Shown: positions 38,643 to 54,442 of the stretch, piece after piece
Position numbering within the stretch: position 1 is the first letter of the stretch
Layout of the letters: each line of letters starts with the position of its first letter
Assembly: GCA_964016885.1 (NCBI GenBank)
Contig: OZ024743.1
Coordinates: 253,580,001-253,644,000, forward strand
DNA: 64,000 bases
DNA from: Eledone cirrhosa
Taxonomy: Eukaryota
Direction: 5' to 3'
The notes under the pieces: model-generated
Seen by the model: only the letters and a program-made list of their open reading frames with translations
What the model was told of the DNA's origin: nothing
The model's database searches: none
Made by a program: the position numbers and the translations under genes

Positions 38643-38855
38643 GTTTTTTTGTTTAAAATGAAATTTTGGGTACAAAACCCCAATAACTGGTTATTTAACC
38701 CCGAAGGGCCAAATAACGGACAGAAAGACCCCTCTCACGAGGAGGAGGGTGTCTTTATCAACAATTTGGTTCAAGTTTTAAACAATTTACAATTGTTTTA
38801 ACGGTTAAAAATTACTATACCTTACAGAGCCGAGCCTCCGTCAACCATGGCATTC

Positions 38856-38915
<60 letters not shown>

Positions 38916-39499
38916 CATAATGATAGATGATGATAATAAAAATGACAATAATATAAATTATGTGATCTTGTTTTCGTTGTTTGCTTCTTTGTTTTATTCT
39001 CAGTGTGTCTAAAGCTGCACTAAACTCTTCTATTTCTAAAACTCTTTTAGAAGTAGAATTACTCTAGAGATCAAAAATATTGTTGAGAACCAATTGATTC
39101 CTAAATTACACTGCTTCAGACAATATATTTTCAGGAGATATATTTAGAAATTCTGCACATAGTCATTTCAGCATATTATAATAATCTATATTATAACTGA
39201 AGAGAATTGTTGTATGTTCGACACACAAATGCTAGAATTTGGCAGGAATATTCTAAATTTTCTCTGAGAATTCGTAGAACGCAAAGGTAAGACAAAGAAT
39301 TGGGGAGGGGCAAATTGTCTAAAATAATGCATTCATTCAGGATTCAGGATTCTATGTCAATAATATTATCTGCCTCACTCATTACTCCCTCTATTACACA
39401 CACACTCATACACACACCCATGCACCCAGACACACACACTCACACACACAAACACACACACATATACATACATACATACATACATGGTGGCTGCCAACT

Positions 39500-40182
39500 C
39501 ATTTTCGAGTACGGCCACTACTTTATATCCATGTAGGAGAACCCCTACCGATGCGCTGAACGAGTGTGACTTTTTAGTCCAGCCAGCGACTTGAAAACTC
39601 TGGTACAAACACTACACATGTGACAATTATTGACACATAGTGCTGGGCCCATGGTACCATGTGATGACAAGTGCAGAGAGATCTCCAGATATAAAGCAAT
39701 GCCTGTGCCGTGAAGCTTTTATAGTGAGCAAAGGCAGTGCACAAAGCCAGTCCCACTCTCTTCACCAAGATCATATTTACCAAAAAGAACAAGTCAACAT
39801 CATTGGATACCATCAGGGTTGCAGGTGTTATATCAGAGTTTTCCTTCTCCTAGAATTCTGCCTTGACAAAGGCTAAGGGGTCATCTCTCCCAGTGATTTT
39901 AGATGGCCATTGACTCTTAAGAGCTCCTTTGCACTTTGACAGGTTTTGTATTTAGTCCTGCAGGATGTCCAAAGTCACCCTCCTCATCAAGAAACCTTGG
40001 TGGGGTTGCCAGTTTAGTCGCCAACGACCCGACCATGGGACAGGTTGTACTGGGATACATGTTACCAGTAGCACCAACTGGTGACCTGACACATATATAC
40101 ATACATATATACATACATATATACATACATATATACATACATATATACATACATATATACATACATATATACATACATATAA

Positions 40183-40215
<33 letters not shown>

Positions 40216-40455
40216 CATAGGCTGGAGAGAAATGAAGCAACCATGCTTCATTGGATGCACAATATAAATGTGTTAGAGAAAAGCAGACCTTGGATTTGAA
40301 CTGAGAGAGAAATTGGGTTTAAGAGGAATCAGAAATTGTGTGCCGGAGAGAAGACTTCATTGATATGGATATGTAAAAGGTGCCATAAAATCAGTGGAAG
40401 GAATTGTGGTAGAGATTGACCATGGAAGACCTGTGCAGAGGTGGTGAAAGATGAT
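39500..40455. mobile_element. RTE-clade LINE remnants: 5'-UTR-like segment (39500-40090, minus) and 3' ORF end (40220-40455, plus)
   Basis: Minus-strand AAGGCA..TCTAGGAGAAGGAAAACTC motif recalled from RTE 5' regions; plus-strand [36 protein letters not shown]. Confidence 0.55.
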
Positions 40456-40516
40456 ACATACATACATACATACATACATACATACATACATACATACATA
40501 CATACATACATACATG

Positions 40517-40556
<40 letters not shown>

Positions 40557-40563
<7 letters not shown>

Positions 40564-40873
40564 GTGAGGGTTTTTTTGAGGTGTCCTACTCGAGTGAAAG
40601 TATAAAGAAAAAAAGATGAAATCGAAAATGCAACTGGAGTCTTATTTTTAAAAATATATATATATTTATTTGGTTCCTTTACCGGTTTCGCAGTTCTTCA
40701 GTTTTTCAAAAGTAGAGTTGAGATGGAGGGTCTGTGAAAAAAACCATAGACCCTCCATCTCAACTCTACTTTTGAAAAGCAGAAGAACTGCGAAACCGGT
40801 AAAGGAACCAAATAAATATATATATATTTTAAAAAATAAGACTCCAGTTGCATTTTCGATTTCACCTGTTTTT

Positions 40874-40880
<7 letters not shown>
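40557..40880 (-). mobile_element. Fold-back hammerhead family D in (TA)n
   Basis: Inverted arms about 40601-40736 / 40746-40880 plus tail 40557-40600. Confidence 0.88.
40769..40805 (+). ncRNA. Minimal hammerhead, U3-A8 core (also 63698-63734 minus, 63832-63868 plus; damaged copy 40676-40712 minus)
   Basis: CTT-TTGAAAA-GCAG aagaa CTGC-GAAA-CCGG-TA-AAG, then AATAAA; palindromic ACCGGT. Confidence 0.75.
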
Positions 40881-40944
<64 letters not shown>

Positions 40945-40945
40945 A

Positions 40946-41130
<185 letters not shown>

Positions 41131-41138
41131 TATATTTA

Positions 41139-41179
<41 letters not shown>

Positions 41180-41382
41180 TAGAGAGAGAGAGAGAGAGAG
41201 ATAGAGAGACGGATGTGTAAAATACCGACAGCTTGGTGCTGCGGTCGGGATTCTACACATCACTATAGCCACTCGACATCACCCCAGGTATCGAGTATTC
41301 TTATGATTAATGGGCTCCTCAGTCACAGCAGCACAGAGTCTTTTTTTCTCTCTCTATATATATATATATAAATATATATATA

Positions 41383-42636
41383 TAGTTTCGTTGATAAGTA
41401 TATCAATGTGCACAGACACGCAGATATATTGCCCTTGGTATGACAGTGTGGTTTTAGCTCAATGTAGTATAACTAGTACACTACAGAGCCGTTATAAGTT
41501 TAGGTATTACCAAATAGTGCTTAGAAATACATTGTTTTATTTGCTAACAATGTTTCATCCATACCCTATGGTAGGAATCATCAGAGCTTATAAACAAAAA
41601 TATTACAAAGGTTGCAGGCTCCATTGAGCTCAGTCACCAGAAGAAGGATAAAGGACAATTAGGGGTGTCCCAAGGCCAGCGCTATATAGAAAAACACACA
41701 ATACATAACGCATATAATGTCTACGCGACTGACTAGCCATCACAAATCGAATAGCATTTACTGTGGTATATTTGCATATGGTATGGCACTTTAGTTCTAT
41801 GCCGACTCGGCCATACAGTGTATTTCACTTGGGACGTTGGGTTGCGTGACCGAACATGAGGACTTTGGGAGATAGTAGATATTGCGGACCTGTTTTATTT
41901 TCACTTTCTTCACTGAAGTGCTGGCAGTACATATACTCTACTTTACTTCAACTCATCGTACTTTACTTTATTTTAGATTTAGGGTGTTTATTGCAGATTG
42001 CCTATGTGGAGAAATCCTCTAGGTATATGTTTTGGAAACATAGTATTATATCGCCTAACGCTTTGAACCGGAACCAATGGATGGAGGGTGTTGGTATGAT
42101 ATGGAGAAATCCACCTGTTACAAAGCAATATAACTGGAGTCCACAATCCTTCCTATAGACAATCCTACATGTAAAGCTGCACCACAGCTAACCAACTTTT
42201 CTTTTCACTGACTCATGCTTGCAAGCTTTCATACTCTGTCTGTACATCCTGTATTTGCACTGCTTGTGAATTGATGTGTCTATGCGTTGTTTTGTTTTTT
42301 GTTGTTTTTTGATCATGCTGGGTAACACCCTCACTCATTTCTTGCTATCCTCTCTCAACCTGCTTATGATCTATTGCACCATTTATGGGATAAACTTTTG
42401 ATGTAATTTTTTATGACATTATATGCGTTATGTATTGTGTGTTTTTCTATATAGCGCTGAGCTTGGGGCCCCCTACTTGTCCTTTATCCTTGTTCTGGTG
42501 ACTAAGCTCGTTGGAGCGTGCAACCTTTGATATATTTTTGTTTATAAGCTCTGATGATTCCTGCCATAGGGTATGGATGAAACACTCTTAGCAAATAAAA
42601 CAATGTATTTCTAAGCAATCTTTGGTTATTCCTAAA

Positions 42637-42640
<4 letters not shown>
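41383..42640 (-). mobile_element. Fold-back hammerhead family G (motifs 41543-41587 minus, 42548-42592 plus)
   Basis: Arms about 41494-41720 / 42415-42640; GCT-CTGATGA-TTCCT(A/G)CCATAGGGTATGGAT-GAAA-CATTG-TT-AGC then AATAAA; TA flanks. Confidence 0.82.
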
Positions 42641-42689
<49 letters not shown>

Positions 42690-42692
<3 letters not shown>

Positions 42693-43489
42693 TACAAAGT
42701 GGAGGTGTTACAAATGAGATGTATTGCTCAATTCGATTACAAATGTGTCCCAGGCAGCCGGCTCGTGATCTGGAGTCATCCCAGACCAGACTCCAACACT
42801 GTCTGATCATCAGACCAGTGTCAACACAACAAAAACTCATTAAATATGTAGACGAACCAGCCAGACACAAACAAGCCTATAGAACGACTAATCATGGGTC
42901 TAGATTCTACGGGACGGACGTATCTCGAACATTCTAAAGGCTTGTTTGTGTCTGGCTGATTTGATGTGAATTTTGTTGTGTTAACACTTGTCTGAGGATC
43001 AGGCAGACTCATAGTCTCGTCTGGGATGACTCCATATAAAGAGCCCGCTGCCTGGGATACATTTGTAACCGGGTTGAGCAATAAATCTCATTTGTAACAC
43101 CTCCACTTGTGTCTCATTATACACACTCTGCTCTGCATTGAGTGCTGACATTGGTTCTCTCACCAGTTTTCTTTAGACTCACTGAATATTTTGCACGTAT
43201 AATGCTCCCCCCTGGTTCGAGCACTTACAACTGAGGACCATGGAGAAGTATATATGCACATCTTCTAAGGATATGCTTACACCGAATAGCAACACTTACC
43301 TATGTAGGACAGTACAGTACACTGACTCATTTACCTAACGATTGCGTTGGCGTGTTTACCATTTTGACCGCGCCAATAAATATCATTTGTAACACCTCCA
43401 CTTTGTTCTTATTATATTATTCTGCTCTGCATCGAGTGCTAACATTGGTTCTCTCACCAGTTTTCTTCGAACTTACTGAACTTTTGCGC

Positions 43490-43492
<3 letters not shown>
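42690..43492 (+). mobile_element. Fold-back + tandem family H with hammerhead-like motifs (42733-42818 minus, 42987-43072 plus)
   Basis: Arms about 42700-42878 / 42938-43108; direct repeat 43078-43200 / 43375-43492; CTGA(G/T)GA-TCAGGCAG..CTGCCTGG-GA(T/C)A-CATTTG-TA. Confidence 0.75.
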
Positions 43493-43527
<35 letters not shown>

Positions 43528-43530
<3 letters not shown>

Positions 43531-44324
43531 TTTCAACAATGTCAGTATTCCGTGTGTCATAAATCTCGATCATCATAGGTTCGTAGGTTTGAAACGAACC
43601 CGCCCACCTCAACGACGCCAAACTTAAATTAATATGTATAATGCCAATAAGGGAGTGAGAGGCAAAGTGAACGCTATGTTGGAAACACTATGTGTATGTA
43701 TTAGTGTAGAGACATGTGTGTGTGATGTGTGTGGAAATAAGAGGGGAAGGAAAGCAATAACTATTAACATGTGTGCGTGTGTATGTACGTGCGCGTATAC
43801 TTATGTGTGTGTGCGTGCATGCAGCGTTCTAGAGAAAGTAAAAACTATCAACATGTGTGAGTGTGTGCGTGTGTGTAAGTGCACGGGTGTGTGTGTAAGT
43901 TTGCGTGCGTGTGCGCATTTTCATGCGTCTATGTGTGTGTACGTGCGGCGTTCCACAATCGCCACGCAGTTTATCTGTCTGTGTGCCTGTATGTCAGTCT
44001 AACAAACACAGAGTTGTTAAGGGAGTAAATAGGGTCCTTTTTACATTGACTGACATCTTTTATATTTATTATTGTGTCATTTTTTGACAATTGCTCGAAA
44101 TGAATACTGATAATAAAACAATTCGACTTTATCAAACAGAGAACTACAGCGGCGACGGCGGCAGCCAGGAATGAAGAAAAAATGGGCCAAACAGCGCCAT
44201 CGGAACGCCGAACTTCAGAGGCGAAGACGTGCCGCCGAGACAAACATCCAATACAGTAATTTTCTCTTTTACCTGTCTTCTCTTATCATCTGTTTACCCG
44301 GGCAAAGCTGGGTAAGTCAGCTAG
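43528..44324 (+). mobile_element. Probable non-autonomous Helitron
   Basis: 3' end ACCCGGGCAAAGCTGGGT hairpin followed 7 nt later by CTAG then T; the 5' boundary is a guess. Confidence 0.55.
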
Positions 44325-44647
44325 TGTATATACTTTCCGTTTCTTTTGTTTACATATTCTCATCTATCGTTATATATCTTCTAAATTCCGACGGGTGACT
44401 AATGTCCGAAATGTTCAAACACTTTCCCACTACATCGAGCGTTAAACTAATATGTATTATGACTGTACTGTATTGTTCTTCAATATTGTTTTTCTTTGTT
44501 GACTTTTCACGTGGGTGTGTTTACGGGTGTACTGACGACAGTCAATTGCTTTAACTTGAACGTAAATACAACTAGTAAAAAGCAAGCAAGACACACACAC
44601 ACAAACACACTCACACACACACACACACATACACACATATATATATG

Positions 44648-44734
<87 letters not shown>

Positions 44735-45521
44735 TCACACACAGACACACATATATATGAGTGTGTGGGTGGGGTGTATATCATGATGGATTCAGTTTGA
44801 AACTTGTTACTCCATTACTCAAAAGAATAATTGATACATGGGTTAGGTGGATATTGTTATATTATACATCTGGGGACCCCATATACATATGTAACATGGC
44901 CGACTGGGTCTAAAAATATTTGTTGCCAGGAGATGAAGGGGGTCCACCTATATATAGAATCCTCTCATTTAATTTTTATAATGAATAAAAAATATTTTCG
45001 AAACATAGGTGGAAACAAAACAGAACAATCAAATTTTTGCGGGAAAATATCTTACCTTCTCCAATAAAAAATATTATGTATTTTGCGAAATCCAGAGACA
45101 TTCAATAATGAACAGAAGTAAATATTACTGATAGCTCTAGGAAAGCCATGAAAGACATCACAACTTTTTAACTTTAATTTTGAAAGTAGGTTTATTATTA
45201 TCAATTTTCATTATAATTTTGAAGCTGTCTAGGTGGCCTACTTAAAGGAATCATAGGCGGTGTGAACCGGTCTGAAGTTCGATCCTGGTCGAAAGTAGGG
45301 TTCCCAGTAAAATTCATACTTATATACCTACTATCAATATTTTAAAAACAAAGTTTTGTGTTGTCGTTCATGTCTTTCTTAATGTTATTGTTCCTACTTA
45401 AAGTCGGCTTCTAAATCATTTGGTTGTTCAATAAAATACATCCTCGTTTTGTTTCGCCTCGATCTAGACTATATTTTAACCTGTAATCCATGTTTAGTTT
45501 CTGTTAAACCAAATTTCTTGT

Positions 45522-45561
<40 letters not shown>

Positions 45562-45727
45562 TCTCTCTTTCCCTCTCTCTCTTTCTCTTTCTCTCTGTGA
45601 TATTTGAATCTACTATGATTTGGGCTTACTCTATTCATATATATTTGATTTTGCATGTCAGATACAAACATACAATAATTGGCATTATATATATATATAT
45701 ATAATGCCAATCATTGTACGTTTGAAG

Positions 45728-45913
45728 GGCGGTGAATTGGCAGTATCGGTAGAGGGTTGGACGCCATGCTTTGATGCATAGAGTTACGGCCCTTGCCATT
45801 CTGAGTTCAAATCCCACCTAGGTTAACTTTGCCTTATATCCTTACGGGGTCGATAAAATAAAATACCAGTATTGCACTGGGATAATTGCTGGCCTTGTGC
45901 TAAAAGTAGAAAC

Positions 45914-45917
<4 letters not shown>
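45728..45917 (+). mobile_element. tRNA-derived SINE, same family as 19118-19305
   Basis: A/B boxes and central domain; related copies at 55818-56133 (+, interrupted), 57045-57222 (-) and 59910-60040 (+, old). Confidence 0.8.
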
Positions 45918-45955
<38 letters not shown>

Positions 45956-46049
45956 TGATGCTAAAATAATGAAATTAAATTAATTCAACAGTTAAACGCA
46001 CGTAGGAATAAGGTTCTTACCTAAGGGCCAGAAGATTGACAAGTCGACC

Positions 46050-46458
46050 CTAAATATTATTAATAGCTCTAAGAAAGACATGAACAACACCACATCTTTT
46101 GAACTTTGATTTTGAAAGTAGCTTTGTAATTATCAATTTTCATTGTTGTTGGAGGAATCATTCATGGTGCTGATCTTAGTCTGAAGTTCGATCTTGGTCG
46201 GGAGTATGGTTCCCGGTAAACCTTTTCAGTTTTTTTCTATTGGTTGTAAAATAAAAACTGAAAAGGTTTACATGTACCTCTTGACCAGGATTGAACCCAA
46301 GGTCATAATATCCACCGACTCTAGCGATAGGCCACAGAGACAACTATAAATATCTTGTGAAAATGTATGCTTATAAACCTACTTTCAAAATTATCAAAAC
46401 AAAATCATGTAGTGTCGTTCATGTCTTTCTTAATGTTATTGCTCCTACTTAGGTCGAT
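46050..46458. mobile_element. Old MITE/foldback-like element with long imperfect inverted repeats
   Basis: gtcgacc..taagaaagacatgaac..ttttgaaagtag versus ctactttcaaaa..gttcatgtctttctta..ggtcga; central gtaaaccttttcagttttt/aaaaactgaaaaggtttac; internally deleted paralog at about 45120-45410. Confidence 0.6.
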
Positions 46459-46601
46459 TTCTAAATCATTTGGGTGTTCCTTAAACTACATCCTCCTTTT
46501 GTTTCTCATCTATCTAGACTACATTTTAAAATTGCAATTCGTGTTTCATTTCTGATCCACCTCATTTCTCCCCCTCCTCTCTCTCTCTCTCTCTCTCTCC
46601 G

Positions 46602-46651
<50 letters not shown>

Positions 46652-47678
46652 TCTCTGTGATATATGAATCTAGTATGGTTTATGCTTACCTTATTCCTAT
46701 ATATATATTTTTGCATGTCAGCTAGATTCAAACTTACAATGATTGTGATTATATATATATATATAATTATTATATATATATATATATATATAATTATTAT
46801 ATATATATATATACATAGAATGAGAAAATGCGAAGTAGTTTCAGATGTTAAAGTCCTTTATTGGTAATACTGTGAAACATATTTCAATGACGACAGTGGT
46901 CACACAATTCCCTGTACCATGTGCCGTGACATCATCAGACAGCTTCTTATATAATAAGGTTACGTTCCCAATGCAATCCAAACAGAAACGAACAGGGTGT
47001 GTGTTCTTGAATCGCCTGCCCGTTCCCCTGTATATACAGTGGGGAACTAGGTCTAAAAATATTGGTTGCCAGATGAAGGGGTCCCACCTACATATAGAAT
47101 GCGATCATTTAGTTTTTATAATGAATAAATAACATTTTCAAACAATACATATGTTGAAACAAAACAGTGAAATCAAATTATTGCGGAAAAATACCTTACC
47201 TTCTCCAATAAAAAAGATTATGTATTTTGTGAAATACAGAGACTTTCAATAAAGACCTTTGGCTTTTAACAGTCACAATATATATATATATATATATATT
47301 TGAGTGTCTATCTATCTATCTAATGGAAAGCCATCACTAAGTCCAAGCCATACTCAAGGGGCAACCCGTCTTGTGGACTATGTATTGATGAGCCTATAAA
47401 TATTCTAAGGAGATTACGCAATAGCGATTGCCTAAACTCAAGGATTGAAATCTTCACACGTTGTCCACATGTCTGGAAACATCTCTTACATAACTACAAA
47501 GCTCCGGATTAAATAACAACCACATCCTAATTTTCTTATCAACTTGCACTACTTTTCTGACTTTCGCAGTTCCCTCCCATCCACCTTTCGTCCGCAGTTT
47601 TGTCACTGCCTGTGTGAAGTGACCGTATCTGCGCATGCGCGTTCATACGGTTGTCCTTCCTATTCCATAAAACCATGA

Positions 47679-47728
47679 CCATTACGTGCTGAGGATCCGC
47701 GGAGGTGAAACAATTGTTTTCGGTATGG
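47679..47728 (+). ncRNA. Minimal hammerhead with degenerate stem I
   Basis: CTGAGGA-TCC gcgga GGT-GAAA-CAATTG-TT; palindromic ACAATTGT. Confidence 0.6.
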
Positions 47729-48029
47729 CGAACTAATTGTTGTGTTACCACTTCTACCTAACTCGTCCCTTGGACTTAGAGCTCAACCACTACGGATATT
47801 ACCTTGCAGTGTGTTCTACCTCTCTCTATATATATTGATTAGTTCTTTCGTTGTTTTTGGCACTGTATGTTTGGGTTTTGCCTACCGCAATTTTCAATTT
47901 GGTAAGCTATTTAAACGTAATCTTATTACTCTAAGACCTAACCTTATTGAGTGCTTTGCTACTTATTCCTTATTGTAGGTCGACTTTTCTTAGCCAAAGC
48001 CAAAGCTTCGATTTTACTAAGCTTCCACT

Positions 48030-48077
<48 letters not shown>

Positions 48078-48081
<4 letters not shown>

Positions 48082-49969
48082 AACCAGTAAGACCCCGACA
48101 GCTGAGCTCAAGCCGTTTCGACGGCTAATTCTGGACTAAATGAAAATTTATCCTGGTATTTAAATAGCCGATCTTCTCAAGGGGTAATTCCATATATGGT
48201 CAAAGTGATTGTCAAAAATCAGTAGTAATTCTGTGGTTGCAAATTAGTAGGGGAGATGGTGGCTAAACCTGCCAGTAGGAGAAAGAGGGGAGGGGGTGGA
48301 GTAGCCCCAATCAAGCGTTTGTAGTGCCAGCTACAGCTGGGCATGAGGTCAAAGAAGATACAGGGGAGGGAGAGGGGGAGGAAGTCGGAACGGTAGGTAG
48401 AACAATGGGGGGTAGAAATATATAGGAAAGAAAAAATACGTGTAAAGAAAAACAAATGAGTGTAAAGAAAAAAGTAAAGTAAATTAAATTCTACGACCTA
48501 CCTAGGTCTCTAGCTAATGTTAGTCTAGAATAAATAAATAAATAAATAAAGAAAGAAAGAAGTAAAGAAAGAAATAAAGAAATAACGAAATAAGTAAAAG
48601 AACTAGGTGGGACGTAATCGGCGAGGACCCTTTTAAGAGGTATAAGTACGTAAATGATACGGTGACGGGTCAACAAAAGGGGCCAAAATACTAAAGAGAC
48701 TACCACGAAATAAACAATCAAGGGAGACGTAAGATCTTCTTTGTATTCTTTTATCGCTTCCTTTATTTCCTTCCTTCCCCCCTCTCTCCTTAGTCCTTAT
48801 ACCCCAGCTCTTCTCCTTTGTCGGCGTCTTTTCTCGCCCACCCGAGGCTGCCCTTTGGCCCCTTGTAGCCTTAGTACCCCCACCCCCTCCCCTAGTCTAG
48901 GATAGATTTGGTGGACTCCGCCCTTTATAGCAGTTGGTTTAGACCCCGGATACTTGTCCCCTTTTTCCGACCGCTCCCACCATTCTCTGTGCCCTCTATA
49001 TTTCTTAGTGGCACTTATGCCTTATTTTTTCGTTTCAGTATTTCTTTCTTCGCTTTTCTTTTGGGCGGGGTGGATTCTGAATTTATTCTTCCGTATTCTA
49101 CCTTTACTTCGTACGAACTTTCATGTAGCTTGTTTTAGATCTTTTAGAGTTAGCATTAGTATATATTTTTCCCGGGACTCAGAATTATTATCTCGTATTA
49201 GTTCACTTTGCGGCACTGGGTGGTTGCTGGAATTGTGCCCGGGATGGAAACCTTTATTGTTTATTTCGTGGTAGTCTCTTTAGTATTTTGGCCCTTTTTG
49301 TTGACGCGTCACCGTATCATTTACGTACTTATACCTCTTAAAAGGGTCCTCGCCTATTTCGTCCCACCTAGTTCTTTTACTTATTTCGTTATTTCTTTAT
49401 TTATTTCTTTACTTCTTTCTTTCTTTCTTTATTTATTTATTTATTCTAGACTAACATTAGCTAGAGACCTAGGTCGTAGAATTTAATTTACTTTACTTTT
49501 TTCTTTACACTCATTTGTTTTTCTTTACACGTATTTTTTCTTTCCTATATATTTCTACCCCCCATTGTTCTACCTACCGTTCCGACTTCCTTCCCCTCCC
49601 CCTCCCCTGTATCTTCTTTGACCTCATGCCCAGCTGTAGCTGGCACTACAAACGCTTGATTGGGGCTACTCCACCCCCTCCCCTCTTTCTCCTACTGGCA
49701 GGTTTAGCCACCATCTCCCCTACTAATTTGCAACCACAGAATTACTACTGATTTTTGACAATCACTTTGACCATATATGGAATTACCCCTTGAGAAGATC
49801 GGCTATTTAAATACCAGGATAAATTTTCATTTAGTCCAGAATTAGCCGTCGAAACGGCTTGAGCTCAGCTGTCGGGGTCTTACTGGTTCCTATTACCCAC
49901 TCTACTACCTCAAGTATTGAGTACTTTGGTGCGTTATGGTCCACCTGGTTCCTTACCACATTTCCTTCG

Positions 49970-49971
<2 letters not shown>
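48078..49971 (+). mobile_element. Long fold-back hammerhead family E in (TA)n
   Basis: Near-identical ~640-bp inverted arms 48078-48718 / 49256-49892, ~540-bp spacer, 80-bp tail; no credible coding capacity. Confidence 0.92.
49779..49890 (+). ncRNA. Extended type I hammerhead, U3-A8 core (mirror 48080-48191 minus)
   Basis: GGAATT ACCCC-TTGAGAA-GA(T)CGGCTA..TAGCCGTC-GAAA-CGGC ttgagctca GCTG-TC-GGGGT cttact GGTTCC; predicted cut after GUC at 49873. Confidence 0.8.
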
Positions 49972-50021
<50 letters not shown>

Positions 50022-50026
<5 letters not shown>

Positions 50027-50890
50027 AAATTAAGAATAATTAAATTAAATGAAATTAAATTAAATTAAGGGTGTCATGCCGGATAGACATGCGCCATATC
50101 ACCCGTAAAATATGCTCCAATTTTCTAATGAATAGATCCGACCATTTTATATCAACTAGAAATTGATTGACATATAAATAAACATATGAAACAATAATTT
50201 GTAAAAGTCTGTAAGCACACATAGCTAGGTAGGTAACTAAATAAAGTTTAACTAAAGCTTCAAAAATAGATACCTTATAAAATTATTAATCTTCTTTGTA
50301 TATATTCCTTTAAAGAAATATATTTCACCAATTAATCGATTGGTAAACGACAGTAGCTAGGTCCTGGATTTTCAACAGGGAAGAGGTCCAGCCATCTATG
50401 TTTACGCATCAAATTCAAATCAGCGACTGGGCCTGTAACACGTGCTGTATTTACTAAAAATACACACATCATACCAGCTTCGTCCCGGTGGCGTGAATAG
50501 GGTTATCGACAACTAGAAACAGCAGTCAAGTCCTTTCAACTGAGTTAGCTCTACAATTAAGGGGCCGTATTTATATATATATATATCCAAAATTTTAAAA
50601 GGTATCTATTTTTGAAGCTCTAGTTAAACTTTATTTAGTTACCTACCTAGCTATGTGTACAAATTATCCCCTGTGATTGTTTCATATGTTTATTTATGTT
50701 TATCGACAACTAGAAACAGCAGTCAAGTCCTTTCAACTGAGTTAGCTCTACAATTAAAGGGCCGTATTTATATATATATATCCAAAATTGTAAAATGTAT
50801 CTATTTTTGAAGCTCTAGTTAAACTTTATTTAGTTACCTACCTAGCTATGTGTACAAATTATCCCCTGTGATTGTTTCATATGTTTATTT
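50022..50890 (-). mobile_element. Hammerhead family F: ~565-bp monomer (motif 50291-50383) plus duplicated inverted pieces
   Basis: Monomer restarts at about 50586 (ccaaaatt); 50503-50697 duplicated at 50700-50890. Confidence 0.8.
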
Positions 50891-51571
50891 TTGCACTATC
50901 ATATATTTTGGTTTCTAGTAATTCCCTGAGGAATTGTTTGACCAAATGTTTTGCTTAATTGTTTTATCTATTTTTTTATTTATTTTATTCTTTCTCTTAG
51001 ATTTCAGATATTTTTAGAAAGCAAAACAATGTCCTCGAATATACTACAGTGGAGCCTGCAATTCTACTGTGGGCTCTTGCAACGATGAATTAGTGAATGG
51101 TAACAGCAAGATAATTGTTTGGGAGTGGTGTGGGTTTGTTTAAGACTATTTTCTGTGTATATATGTATATATGTATATATATATATATGTATATCTTAAT
51201 TCCTTTCAATCTTCATCAACACTCCCTCACTCCTACATTCATTAACTCCCCCACCACCCAGAAACATCTAAATCTCTCTTATATATAGAGCCACACATCA
51301 AAACACAACCTGAGAATCGCCACAAACGAATACGAGAAAGTTTTCCAGGAAAGTTAACCAGGAATCTTTAAAAGTCTTCCCACCGAAGTTGACAAAAAAA
51401 TTACTAGATCTACGAAATCATAATATTATAAAATCAAATTAAATTGTTTTTAGAACTACAAGTGAAGTCATTCTTTTCCTATTTTCAAATATACCTAACT
51501 ATACCAAGGATTTCACACATTTTCCAATATATGTATATATGTATATATATATATGTATATATATATATATG

Positions 51572-54442
<2,871 letters not shown>

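Larger units (their letters stand above)
32832..38855 (-). mobile_element. Full-length L1/Tx1-clade non-LTR retrotransposon, copy 3 (intact)
   Basis: No difference from copy 2 seen in any translated frame; followed by (AAT)19 at 38856-38912. Confidence 0.95.

Noticed and set aside
20364-38801. Short antisense and alternative-frame ORFs repeated three times
   Set aside because: Shadows of LINE ORF1/ORF2 and UTRs, repeated only because the element is.
40005-40090. Possible HDV-like ribozyme at the RTE-like 5' end (minus: CCAGT...CTAA ACTGG)
   Set aside because: P2 and J4/2 are plausible but no convincing P1/P3/L3; needs a descriptor search on the family consensus.
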